Shown here one piece after another: positions 1-8,819 of a stretch of 64,000 nucleotides of DNA (the first letter of the stretch is position 1; each line of letters starts with the position of its first letter). The DNA comes from Candidatus Poseidoniaceae archaeon (lineage in GTDB: Archaea > Thermoplasmatota > Poseidoniia > Poseidoniales > Poseidoniaceae), in contig JAOMOG010000001.1 in assembly GCA_028353405.1 (NCBI GenBank), positions 24,717 through 88,716 on the forward strand. The letters are read 5' to 3'. The position numbers and the translations under genes are program-made. The notes below the pieces were generated by a model that was not told the DNA's origin, made no database searches, and saw nothing but the letters and a program-made list of their open reading frames with translations.

Positions 1-82
1 TACCAGCAATACCTCCAGTTGCACCGAGTAACCCAGCAGCCAACCAAGGACGCTGACGAACCCACTGCGATAGGAGAGGCAT
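1..82 (-). CDS. 5' end of an ORF running off the window (MPLLSQWVRQRPWLAAGLLGATGGIAG...), function unknown
   Basis: ATG at 82-80 (minus) stays open to the window edge. The N-terminus is Gly/Ala-rich and hydrophobic, and the ORF lies directly downstream of the HxlR-type regulator on the same strand. A + strand frame is also open from position 1 to TAA 109-111, so the call is ambiguous. Confidence 0.25.
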   Translation of the reverse strand, partial: MPLLSQWVRQRPWLAAGLLGATGGIAG

Positions 83-139
83 ACATCCGGGTTGGACTCT
101 TCCCTTCTTAATCCATTGGAGTATTGTTCAAACAATAAA

Positions 140-598
140 TCAGTTTTCACTGCGAACAGAATTCTTTTGAATTTTCAAGTGAGCTACTAATGGTGAAAGC
201 AATCTTCCACAAGTTCGTCCATGTTCTGATAGAATGTATGAGACACGGATTGGTGGCCCTTCATCCACTTCGCGAATAACCAATCCTTCTTCGACCAGGA
301 AACGCAATTTATCACTTAATGTTCTAGAAGATATGCCGGATAGCATCCCTTTCATTTCATTGAATCTACGAGGTCCTGCAATGTATAGAGTTGAAAGTAT
401 TTCGATTGTCCAGCGAGAACCAAATACGTGTAATGCTTCAACTGCTGCTTGAACTTCCCAAGTTGTATCCCATGGTCCTTTGTTGGAATGATTTGCAAAA
501 ATATCTCTAATGTTACTACCGCTTTTTATTGTTTTATCAATATGGTTTTGAACAGCCTCAAAGGAGTCTTTTGGTATAGTGAGTGCAGGTTCTGGCAT
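140..598 (-). CDS. HxlR-family winged-helix transcriptional regulator
   Basis: HxlR-type core 'FGSRWTIEILSTLYIAGPRRFNEMKGMLSGISSRTLSDKLRFLVEEGLVIREVDEGPPIRVSYILSEHGR'. The track start at 610 is TTG; the first ATG (MPEPALT) is at 598. Confidence 0.8.
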   Translation of the reverse strand: MPEPALTIPKDSFEAVQNHIDKTIKSGSNIRDIFANHSNKGPWDTTWEVQAAVEALHVFGSRWTIEILSTLYIAGPRRFNEMKGMLSGISSRTLSDKLRFLVEEGLVIREVDEGPPIRVSYILSEHGRTCGRLLSPLVAHLKIQKNSVRSEN

Positions 599-750
599 AG
601 TTGTCCCCAAACAGCCGGTTAGCCAGAACTACTTAATTTCTTTTCTACACCGAGTAGGAGATTGGTTACCGATTGTTATTGGCGTGATTGATAATTTGAA
701 TTACAAATTAAACAAAAGTGAACAAATCCGACTTATCCTTCAAAGAGGGG

Positions 751-1932
751 ATGGTGCTACGGGTTGTTATGGTCAAGTCGGTTATACTCGCTCGTGGAGG
801 TGTGCTTGGCCGTAACACAGGCTTAGGTGGAGCACATCACAATTTGTTAGTTGCTCTCAGAAATGGTGACATCCAAGGTTACCAACTGGGAGCTACATGC
901 GAGTATGATTTAGCAATGAAAACAAATCCAGTCAAGCGTTTATTGATGCGCTGGTGGTCACATCCAAGAGTTGTAAAAAGATTCGTAAATTCATCCGCAA
1001 CTTCTGGCAATTGTGATGTTTTACATATTACTGATCAAGAACAGGCACATTTAGTTCCAAAAAACTGTAAAGTTCCAGTAGTGGTAACAGTTCATGATTT
1101 ATTTCATTTATTTCCTAAACAAGTTAAAATCGGTAAAGAAACAATACAAGTGGGTGAGGCAAAGCCACCAAGTTATCGCTCAAGAGATTTGAATAAACTA
1201 AAAAGTGGATTGATGAGAGCAGATCTGTTAGTTTGTGATTCAAGAGCAACTCTATCTGATTGTAAAAAATATTTTCCAAATGTCAAAAGCATCTGCGTTC
1301 CGCTTGGACTTGACATCGATGCCTTTGCAAATTTCGCCCAAACAGATTCACAGGTAATGGGTCCAGCACAAAATTTGCCCGAAGGTTGTAATCTCCTAAT
1401 CGTCGGCAGCCATGACCCGAGAAAAAGATTGAAATTCATCTGTGAGGTATTGGGCGGGTTGGACGATTCAATAAAAAATGAAATTCATATTCATCATGTC
1501 GGTAATGCTGAATGCCCATATGGTGGCCCATCTACACATCAACTAGCAAAACAAAACAATGTTCAAAATTGGTATGGAGTTGGAACAAATCTCAGTCATC
1601 AAGAACTGATGTGGATGCGCATCAAATCAGATGCACTATTATTTCCTTCAGGCAGTGAAGGGTTTGGCTATCCGCCTCTAGAATCAATGGCTTGTGGAAC
1701 AAAAGTTCTCTGTTCGAATCTTGCTAGCCACAATGAACTGATGCCTGATAATTCTTGTATTGCGGCTGATGATGTCGCTGCATGGAGAAAGGCGATTGTT
1801 GAAATTCATTCACAATGGAAGCAATCCGACGGACCGATTGCTGCAGATCAAGAATTGATTCAACATTCACGTAATTTCAGCATGAGTGCCTTCAATGAAA
1901 GAATGGCTGAAGCCTATTCAATGATGGAATGA
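751..1932 (+). CDS. Glycosyltransferase, GT4/GT1-fold family
   Basis: C-terminal GT-B signature 'FPSGSEGFGYPPLESMACGTKVLCS' (E-x7-E type). ATG at 751 is preceded by AGAGGGG; the track start 718 is GTG. Confidence 0.8.
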   Translation: MVLRVVMVKSVILARGGVLGRNTGLGGAHHNLLVALRNGDIQGYQLGATCEYDLAMKTNPVKRLLMRWWSHPRVVKRFVNSSATSGNCDVLHITDQEQAHLVPKNCKVPVVVTVHDLFHLFPKQVKIGKETIQVGEAKPPSYRSRDLNKLKSGLMRADLLVCDSRATLSDCKKYFPNVKSICVPLGLDIDAFANFAQTDSQVMGPAQNLPEGCNLLIVGSHDPRKRLKFICEVLGGLDDSIKNEIHIHHVGNAECPYGGPSTHQLAKQNNVQNWYGVGTNLSHQELMWMRIKSDALLFPSGSEGFGYPPLESMACGTKVLCSNLASHNELMPDNSCIAADDVAAWRKAIVEIHSQWKQSDGPIAADQELIQHSRNFSMSAFNERMAEAYSMME

Positions 1933-1994
1933 CAACAACTGGCTTGAATAATTAGAGCGATTTGTTCTTGAACAGGTGGTTAGTGGGCGGTAAT

Positions 1995-4064
1995 ATGCAA
2001 CCTATTCAGAGTGTGGCAATTGTCGGTGCAGGAAATATGGGGTCTGGGATTGCGCAAAAAACGGCGCAAGAGGAATTCGATGTCCAAATGGTTGACAGAG
2101 AGCAACAATGGGTTGACAGAGGACAAGATATTATTGCAACTTTTCTCGATGAGGCTGTAGAACGCCGAATCTTTAGAGAAGCACAGGTTGAAGCGATAAA
2201 AGGTAGAATCACTGGCGTTGTCGGTGTTGAAAATACTGCAACAGATACTGATTTGGTAATAGAAGCAGTGTTCGAAGATTTTGATGTTAAAACAGCGGTT
2301 TTTGAAACATTGAATTCCGCCTGTGGCGACAATACAATATTCGCATCCAATACTTCTTCATTATCGGTAAATGAGTTGGCAAAATCATCTGGAAGAGCGG
2401 ATAAATTCGTAGGACTCCACTTCTTTTTCCATCCTGCAAAAAATCGTCTTATAGAAGTAATTCCTGCAAAATCATCATCTGCTCAAACCATTGAAAAAGT
2501 TGTTCAATACTGTAAGATGTTAGGCAAAGTTGTCATCGTCTGTGCAGACCGTCCCGGCTTCGTAGTCAACCGTTTCTTCGTACCATGGCTAAATGAGGCT
2601 TGTTTACTATTAGAGGAAGGAATTGCATCTTCAGCTCAAATTGATGCGATTTCTCGTAAAGCATTCTCAATTGGATTAGGTCCGTTTGGATTAATGAATT
2701 TAACAGGTCCACCGATCGCATTACATTCAACAGATTATTTGTCTGAACAATTAAACACTCCTCGTTATCATGGTGCTCAAAATCTAAGAGATTTGGTAGC
2801 AGAAAATAATATGTGGGAGATTTCTCAAGATGAACAATATGATGAATCTCAATATAAAATAGTTTCAGAACGATTACTCGGAGTTGTTTTCGGAGTGGCT
2901 GCGCAAATAGTTGACGAGGAAATCTGTTCCATGGAAGACGTTGACCGCGGTGCAAAGGTAGGGCTTCGTTGGGCTCGTGGCCCATTTGAATTAATGAATA
3001 AGGTCGGTCTTGAAAATGCCCACAGAATGGCCAACCAGTATGCTGAATTGGCTAATGGTGGTTGGGATGTACCAGAAAACCTTAGCAACCAAGGAAATGC
3101 AGATTGGAATTTCAAGGTTGTAGATACTTCAATCGACAATGGTGTTGCTACGATTACGATTAATCGTCCAGAAGCAATGAATGCTCTAAATGAGACGGTA
3201 ATGGCTCAATTGGGCAGTGCATTGGATGACGTTAATTCAGATTCTTCTGTGTCAACCATAGTGCTAGATGGCGCTGGTAAGGCCTTTGTTGCAGGAGCAG
3301 ATGTCAAGTTCTTCGTTGACAAAATCCGTGCTGATTCAATCAGTGATATTTACGACTTCACAGCATTCGGACATCAAGTTCTAGACAAATTGGAATCTTC
3401 TTCAAAGACGACGATTGCATTGACTACGGGTTTAGCCCTTGGTGGTGGCTTAGAACTTGCACTCGCTTGTGATTATCGAGTTGGTACTCGCAGAACACAA
3501 TTCAGATTCCCTGAGACTTCAATCGGAATCTACCCCGGCTTAGGTGGTTCACAAAGGCCAGCAAGAATTTGCGGTATTCCTATTGCTAGGTGGGCTGTTT
3601 TGGCAGGAAATTTCATGGATGCAAAAACAGCTAGTGATTTGGGAATGATCACCCATTTGGTTGATGTTGCAGCAGTAGATGATACTGTATTACAGATTTC
3701 AAATCAAGGAAAACCAGCCAATAAGTATCCTGGTCAAGCAGCAAACCTTCAATCACCAGTTGTTCAATTCGCTAATAATTTCTTTACAGATTCCAATATG
3801 TCGGACATAATGAAAGGAGTTTGCCCACAAGGTTTTGATGTTGAAGACAAATTGGTTGCTCGTCAAATGAAGAGTTTGAAATTCACAGCTCCAATCGCTT
3901 TATCAAAAGCCAGTGAATTGATAGATGCGACTTCTTCAACTGATCTTTCAGCAGGGCTTGCTCTAGAATTAGCAGGGCTTAACGATATATTTTCAACAGC
4001 GGATTCATTAGAAGGTTTGAGCGCTCTAATAGAAGGAAGAAGACCTACTTATTCAAATCAATAA
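1995..4064 (+). CDS. Fused 3-hydroxyacyl-CoA dehydrogenase (N-terminal) / enoyl-CoA hydratase (C-terminal)
   Basis: NAD-binding 'VAIVGAGNMGSGIAQ' and the HACD core sit at the N-terminus. A crotonase fold ('ATITINRPEAMNALN', 'LTTGLALGGGLELALACDYR') sits at the C-terminus. The HACD-then-ECH order is the arrangement known from archaeal fusion enzymes. ATG at 1995 is the likely start. Confidence 0.9.
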   Translation: MQPIQSVAIVGAGNMGSGIAQKTAQEEFDVQMVDREQQWVDRGQDIIATFLDEAVERRIFREAQVEAIKGRITGVVGVENTATDTDLVIEAVFEDFDVKTAVFETLNSACGDNTIFASNTSSLSVNELAKSSGRADKFVGLHFFFHPAKNRLIEVIPAKSSSAQTIEKVVQYCKMLGKVVIVCADRPGFVVNRFFVPWLNEACLLLEEGIASSAQIDAISRKAFSIGLGPFGLMNLTGPPIALHSTDYLSEQLNTPRYHGAQNLRDLVAENNMWEISQDEQYDESQYKIVSERLLGVVFGVAAQIVDEEICSMEDVDRGAKVGLRWARGPFELMNKVGLENAHRMANQYAELANGGWDVPENLSNQGNADWNFKVVDTSIDNGVATITINRPEAMNALNETVMAQLGSALDDVNSDSSVSTIVLDGAGKAFVAGADVKFFVDKIRADSISDIYDFTAFGHQVLDKLESSSKTTIALTTGLALGGGLELALACDYRVGTRRTQFRFPETSIGIYPGLGGSQRPARICGIPIARWAVLAGNFMDAKTASDLGMITHLVDVAAVDDTVLQISNQGKPANKYPGQAANLQSPVVQFANNFFTDSNMSDIMKGVCPQGFDVEDKLVARQMKSLKFTAPIALSKASELIDATSSTDLSAGLALELAGLNDIFSTADSLEGLSALIEGRRPTYSNQ

Positions 4065-4082
4065 TCCATTGATTAAGAAAAC

Positions 4083-4319
4083 TCAAACCCACTTGCCTTG
4101 AATTGCAAGCATTCCAGTGATCAGAGCATGAACATCAATTTCTTCACCACTTTCACTAGCAAATCTGAGTCTGTTTTTGATTGCATCAATCAATTGTTCA
4201 TCAACTTCTTCATCACTAATGAAGCGAATGAATTCTTCAATGGTTTTGCCTCTGCCTAATGCAATTGCTAAACGTGCTTTTTGCTCTTCGTCCTCGTCTT
4301 TAGGGTTTCTAACACTCAT
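4083..4319 (-). CDS. 78-aa acidic protein, third gene of the E1-like/JAMM cassette; function unknown
   Basis: Its ATG overlaps the upstream stop as ATGA (4316-4319). The sequence is acidic and reads as helix-prone. The C-terminus is 'AIQGKWV', with no GG end. Confidence 0.55.
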   Translation of the reverse strand: MSVRNPKDEDEEQKARLAIALGRGKTIEEFIRFISDEEVDEQLIDAIKNRLRFASESGEEIDVHALITGMLAIQGKWV

Positions 4320-4867
4320 ACAATCACTTCACTGTTCTCTATTATTTGTTGATACCATTCATCCCATGGAGTGACTGGTTCATCACTCCAACTTGACAAA
4401 GGTCCACTTGCATTAATTGTATTAGGGGCGTCGTAATCTTCATTGAAAGCGAGGTTGATTGCGACCTTTGGACCTGGTGCGCCAAGTACGATTGCTTGAC
4501 GAAGGATTCCACTTCCAATCGCTAAACTATTGGTGTCGGTAGCACTCCAGTAAGCAGCAAATCCTGGATGAGTATGAACCCATGTTTTGAAGGGCATTCT
4601 AGCACCAACTGGAGGTTTCAGTGGTACTCTGCCAGAAGTTCCCCAGTCAATGAATACCTCATCATCTGCATCGATAAGAACTGATGTCTCAAGACCTGCT
4701 AACAATGATATTGCATAAACCGCATCCCATCTTCCAGCCAAAGCACTATTGCTTTGGAAATCGAGCAAAAGGGGCGAATTAACTTGCTTATTTTCAGCAA
4801 GATCACAGATCTGTTCCCATGTTTCCCTATCTTCACACAATTGTTCAATTTCTGGAATATAAATCAT
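4316..4867 (-). CDS. JAB/MPN (JAMM) metalloprotease-like protein
   Basis: Exact JAMM motif H-x-H-x7-S-x2-D in 'WVHTHPGFAAYWSATD'. ATGA overlaps occur at both ends. GGAGGTG lies 5 nt upstream of its ATG, inside the upstream gene. Confidence 0.8.
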   Translation of the reverse strand: MIYIPEIEQLCEDRETWEQICDLAENKQVNSPLLLDFQSNSALAGRWDAVYAISLLAGLETSVLIDADDEVFIDWGTSGRVPLKPPVGARMPFKTWVHTHPGFAAYWSATDTNSLAIGSGILRQAIVLGAPGPKVAINLAFNEDYDAPNTINASGPLSSWSDEPVTPWDEWYQQIIENSEVIV

Positions 4868-5502
4868 TCATTCACCTCCGGAAAATGCATTTGACCATAG
4901 GTTATACTGGCCATACTCTGTACTGGTGTAGGTTTGCCACGTAATTGCTGTAGAGCCCACTGTGCACCGAAAGCAGCAGCGTTGAGGAAGCCGAATTCCA
5001 GATTCCCTGATTCAAGAGCGCCTTCATGTTGGCATGATTTGGCAGGATGATCTGGAGTCATAGCTTCAACCAATGCATTTTGACTATCGCTTGTCATTAC
5101 TAGGTGACCATCGCCGCCACAGCGTAAATCAGCCCAAGGAACTTGCAACTGGTGAATCAAGCGCCTTGGTTCAGGTCTATCGACGCAAACTATGACCAAA
5201 TCAGCACCCTTTAGTTGCTCTGAGTAACGTAAGTCCTCTGCGATTGCTCTAACGGTTACACTTGATTCGCCGTTAGTAATGTGGCGTTGAGCTAAAGCGT
5301 CAACCTTTGCTTCACCAATGTCGTTGCTGCTAAATCTTTGATGTCCTAAATTGGTTGCTTCAACCAAGTCTCCATCCATGATTATTATTTGACAATTAAT
5401 TCCTATTCTTCTCAGTGCAGGGGTTAAGACATCAACAAGTGTAGAACCTATTCCTCCAGCACCGATAATCAGTAGTGTTTTGCTATCCGCAATTTCCTTC
5501 AT
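4864..5502 (-). CDS. Minimal E1-like (ThiF/MoeB/UbaA superfamily) adenylyltransferase
   Basis: Rossmann 'LLIIGAGGIGS', 'MDGDLVEATNLGHQRF', 'GEAKVDAL' and 'VIVCVDRPEPRR' match the E1/ThiF adenylation-domain signature. The protein is only 212 aa, with no CxxC pairs and no rhodanese. Confidence 0.75.
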   Translation of the reverse strand: MKEIADSKTLLIIGAGGIGSTLVDVLTPALRRIGINCQIIIMDGDLVEATNLGHQRFSSNDIGEAKVDALAQRHITNGESSVTVRAIAEDLRYSEQLKGADLVIVCVDRPEPRRLIHQLQVPWADLRCGGDGHLVMTSDSQNALVEAMTPDHPAKSCQHEGALESGNLEFGFLNAAAFGAQWALQQLRGKPTPVQSMASITYGQMHFPEVNE

Positions 5503-5558
5503 ACAATATTAATCGATTGAGGACATATAAAGAATTGAACATGATAGCAATGTCTCGG

Positions 5559-6917
5559 TTACTGAGCACTCTTGATACATTCTAAGAGCAAGTTTTCAAG
5601 CGCATTCATTTGAACATCGATTGTGAAATTATTTTCAACATATTTGCGACCAGTTTTAGCCCATGATTTACGAGTATCTTCATCTTGGGATAAGCGATAA
5701 GCCTCCCCCCACAATTCATAATCTTCTCGTGAAATTAACATTCCACAATCAGCATTCTTCATCGTGTAATGGAATCCGCCTTCGTCAACCATCAATGCTG
5801 GAATACCAATTGCCATCGCCTCTAATGGAGTCAACCCGAACGGTTCGCCATGTGCGTGGCTAACCATGGCCACAGAGCCTCTAATCACGGCTCTAAGCGC
5901 TGATTGACTTAGTCGTGGCATACAATAAACATCAACACTCAAGGAACTTCCATGAGCTAGTATTTTCTCTTTATCACCCGTTTCTCCACCACCGATTTGA
6001 AGCAATGAAAGTCCTGTTCCTTGCAAAGATTGAACCGTCTCCCATGCACCTTTTACAAAGGATAATTTACCAATAGTTACAACATATTGATCCGGTAATT
6101 TATCTGCTTTAGATAGATTCTTTTCAGCTCTAATAAGCGCTTGTTGAATTTCATCAACAGCATCTTTCTCATCAGAATCTGCAAGTTGTGGCCATAAATC
6201 CCAATCCAAAACATGCATTAAATGCGTGGCTTCAAGCAATTGACCCTTGCTATTGCGGCGTGGAGCAGAACCATTGCTCTTGTTTTCATCACAAGCCAAA
6301 TCGTAAATCTCCCTCAATTGTTTTTGAATCCACATTGAATTTCCAGAAATAGCCGAACCCTTCATCGCAGTTAATCGGCGAACTAGCTTTTGGTCAACTC
6401 TACGCTGTTTTGCAAAAATCATATTGGTTAGCCACATTGATCTTTTTAATTTACCATCCAAGTGTCGATGAAGCACATCTTCATACAACCAGCGCGGTGG
6501 TTCAAGACAATGATAGTGCAATCCTTTACCAGTGAGAGTGTTATCAGAAACTGAATTTAGAATTTCTAATGTTCCGCGGCAAACTGAAAAGTGTACAGCA
6601 TCATATTGTGACCAATCTATTTTCATATTTTTCCATTGTCTCGTGGCTGCAGAACTTTGCCCTGCGGTAATCTCAGTGATTGCACCTTGGGGCCAGGAGA
6701 AAGACTTCTTGGGCTGTATTATTTCAATATCACAATCACCTAACAATTCCTTTGCTTGTTGCGGAAATTGAAGGGTTGCGAGACTGACTTGCCATCTATT
6801 GGAGGCATGGCGAAGTAATTGCAATAATTCTCGTTCAGCTCCACCTAGAGTATTGAAAGAACCTCTAACAATCAAAACGCGCAAAGGAGAATCAGCAACA
6901 TCAGACTCCTCAGCCAT
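5559..6917 (-). CDS. Glycosyltransferase, GT4/GT1-fold family
   Basis: 'SHAHGEPFGLTPLEAMAIGIPALMVDEGG' is a GT-B C-terminal signature. Confidence 0.8.
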   Translation of the reverse strand: MAEESDVADSPLRVLIVRGSFNTLGGAERELLQLLRHASNRWQVSLATLQFPQQAKELLGDCDIEIIQPKKSFSWPQGAITEITAGQSSAATRQWKNMKIDWSQYDAVHFSVCRGTLEILNSVSDNTLTGKGLHYHCLEPPRWLYEDVLHRHLDGKLKRSMWLTNMIFAKQRRVDQKLVRRLTAMKGSAISGNSMWIQKQLREIYDLACDENKSNGSAPRRNSKGQLLEATHLMHVLDWDLWPQLADSDEKDAVDEIQQALIRAEKNLSKADKLPDQYVVTIGKLSFVKGAWETVQSLQGTGLSLLQIGGGETGDKEKILAHGSSLSVDVYCMPRLSQSALRAVIRGSVAMVSHAHGEPFGLTPLEAMAIGIPALMVDEGGFHYTMKNADCGMLISREDYELWGEAYRLSQDEDTRKSWAKTGRKYVENNFTIDVQMNALENLLLECIKSAQ

Positions 6918-7032
6918 ACTGTGCTGTCATGACTTACAACCTTAATTTGAACCCATAAAAGGGTAAATTTATGCTATATCTCTGGTAACTTTTACGCGGC
7001 GAATTGAAAAGAGATAAGCCGCAGGGCAAAAC

Positions 7033-8097
7033 ATGACCGGCAAGGTAGCGATGATTACTGGTGTAACTGGGCAAGATGGTTCTTACCTAGCGGAATTGCT
7101 ATTGGAAAAGGGATACAATGTCTATGGATTCGTCCGCAGAGTTTCCCAACCAACTGTAGGACGCAACCTCATCAACCATCTGATGAGCAATGAAAAGTTT
7201 CACTTAATCAATGGAGATTTGACTGATCAAAGTTCTATTGACAATGCGGTAACTGCTTGTCAACCAGACGAGTTCTACAATCTTGGTGCTATGTCATTCG
7301 TTCCTGAATCATGGCGCTCACCGATGATGACCGCTGATATTACTGGTCTTGGTGCTCTACGATGTTTGGAAGCGATTCGTAAGAACGCACCAGATTGCCG
7401 ATATTACCAAGCTGGTTCAAGTGAACAATTTGGTAAAGTGCACGAAGTCCCTCAAACTGAAGAAACCCCATTCCACCCACGTTCACCATATGGTTGTGCT
7501 AAGGTATTTGCCTTTGAAATCACTCGTAACTACCGTGAATCATACGATATGTTTGCTTGTACTGGAATTCTCTTCAACCACGAAAGCCCACGTCGTGGAC
7601 TAGAATTCGTAACCCGTAAGGTGACAATGACCGCAGCACGTATCGCCCATGGATTTGATGAAAATCTATGGATTGGTAATGTTGAAGCAAAGCGCGATTG
7701 GGGATTTGCTGGAGATTATGTTGAGATGCAATGGAGAATGTTACAACAAGATGTACCATTTGATTACGTTGTTGCAACCGGAAGAACTCACAGTGTCAAA
7801 GATATGATCAACCTTGCATTCTCTCACGTTGGAATGATTTTGACTTGGTCAGGAGAAGGCGTTGATGTCATCGCTACAGACCAAAACGATGTAGTCCGTG
7901 TTAGAACTAATCCGAAATTCTTCCGCCCTGCTGAAGTTGATTTACTGATTGGCGACCCAGCTCTCTCTCGCAAGGAATTAGGTTGGGTTCCTAAGACCTC
8001 ATTTGAGGAATTGGTCGCTATGATGGTCGATTCTGATATGGCAATTGTAGAAGAAGCGGTCAAGGGCGGTTATGCACCACCGATTCCACCTGAGTGA
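7033..8097 (+). CDS. gmd: GDP-mannose 4,6-dehydratase
   Basis: N-terminus 'VAMITGVTGQDGSYLAELLLEKGYNVYG', plus 'YYQAGSSEQFG', 'SPYGCAKV' and 'GILFNHESPRRG'. These are classic Gmd/SDR motifs. Confidence 0.93.
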   Translation: MTGKVAMITGVTGQDGSYLAELLLEKGYNVYGFVRRVSQPTVGRNLINHLMSNEKFHLINGDLTDQSSIDNAVTACQPDEFYNLGAMSFVPESWRSPMMTADITGLGALRCLEAIRKNAPDCRYYQAGSSEQFGKVHEVPQTEETPFHPRSPYGCAKVFAFEITRNYRESYDMFACTGILFNHESPRRGLEFVTRKVTMTAARIAHGFDENLWIGNVEAKRDWGFAGDYVEMQWRMLQQDVPFDYVVATGRTHSVKDMINLAFSHVGMILTWSGEGVDVIATDQNDVVRVRTNPKFFRPAEVDLLIGDPALSRKELGWVPKTSFEELVAMMVDSDMAIVEEAVKGGYAPPIPPE

Positions 8098-8116
8098 AAT
8101 TACGGAGTGAGTTATA

Positions 8117-8731
8117 GTGGCAACAGAACAGTTGCCAATTTTGTATTCTTTTAGGCGCTGTCCTTATGCGATGAGAGCTCGTATGGCAATCGTTAGACAA
8201 GGCTTCAAAGTTGAGCATAGAGAAGTAATTCTACGTGATAGACCATCGCATATGATGCAGATTTCTCCCAAAGGTACAGTGCCTATCTTGTTATTACCTA
8301 ATGGAACAGTCATCGAGGAAAGCCTTGAGATTATGCAACATGTTCGCGATTGGCAACCAAGTGAAGAGGAATTGAGTTGGATTGAAAGAAATGATCTTGA
8401 ATTTAAACATCACTTGGACCGTTACAAATATCCCAATCGTTATGAGGATATTGATGTGATAGAGCAAAGAAATGCAGCAGTAAACTACCTTGACGATTTA
8501 GATACAAATCTCCAGTTGCTTGAACAAAATACAAATCTGAACGATTCATTATTCCCATTTGTGCGCCAATTTGCTAACCATGATAGAGAATGGTTTGATG
8601 CTCAACCCTGGACAAACCTTCACAATTGGCTATCCAAGAATCTTGCTAGTGCCGAATTCAAAACTTGTATGAATAAAAATAAGCAATGGCAACAAGGAGA
8701 TGATGTCATTCATTTCCCGCACTCGTTGTAA
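8117..8731 (+). CDS. Glutathione S-transferase-like (thioredoxin-fold N-domain) protein
   Basis: 'LYSFRRCPYAMRARMAI...KGTVPILLLPNGTVIEESLEIM' is a GST N-terminal pattern. GTG start is preceded by GGAGTGA. Confidence 0.6.
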   Translation: MATEQLPILYSFRRCPYAMRARMAIVRQGFKVEHREVILRDRPSHMMQISPKGTVPILLLPNGTVIEESLEIMQHVRDWQPSEEELSWIERNDLEFKHHLDRYKYPNRYEDIDVIEQRNAAVNYLDDLDTNLQLLEQNTNLNDSLFPFVRQFANHDREWFDAQPWTNLHNWLSKNLASAEFKTCMNKNKQWQQGDDVIHFPHSL

Positions 8732-8819
8732 GTTCGTTCAAAATCACAAAACGTTTTGCGCAATTTTACAAAATTTGTGTCGTGACAAATACTATATTAG
8801 ATTGTAAGAAAGCCATGTT

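Noticed and set aside
4864-5502. Reading the E1-like ORF as the ordinary MoeB/ThiF of molybdopterin or thiamine biosynthesis
   Set aside because: There is no MoaD/ThiS-type GG-ended carrier and there are no cofactor genes nearby. The protein lacks the CxxC zinc motifs typical of MoeB/ThiF/UbaA and is translationally fused to a JAMM gene. This reading cannot be fully excluded without a genome-wide search.
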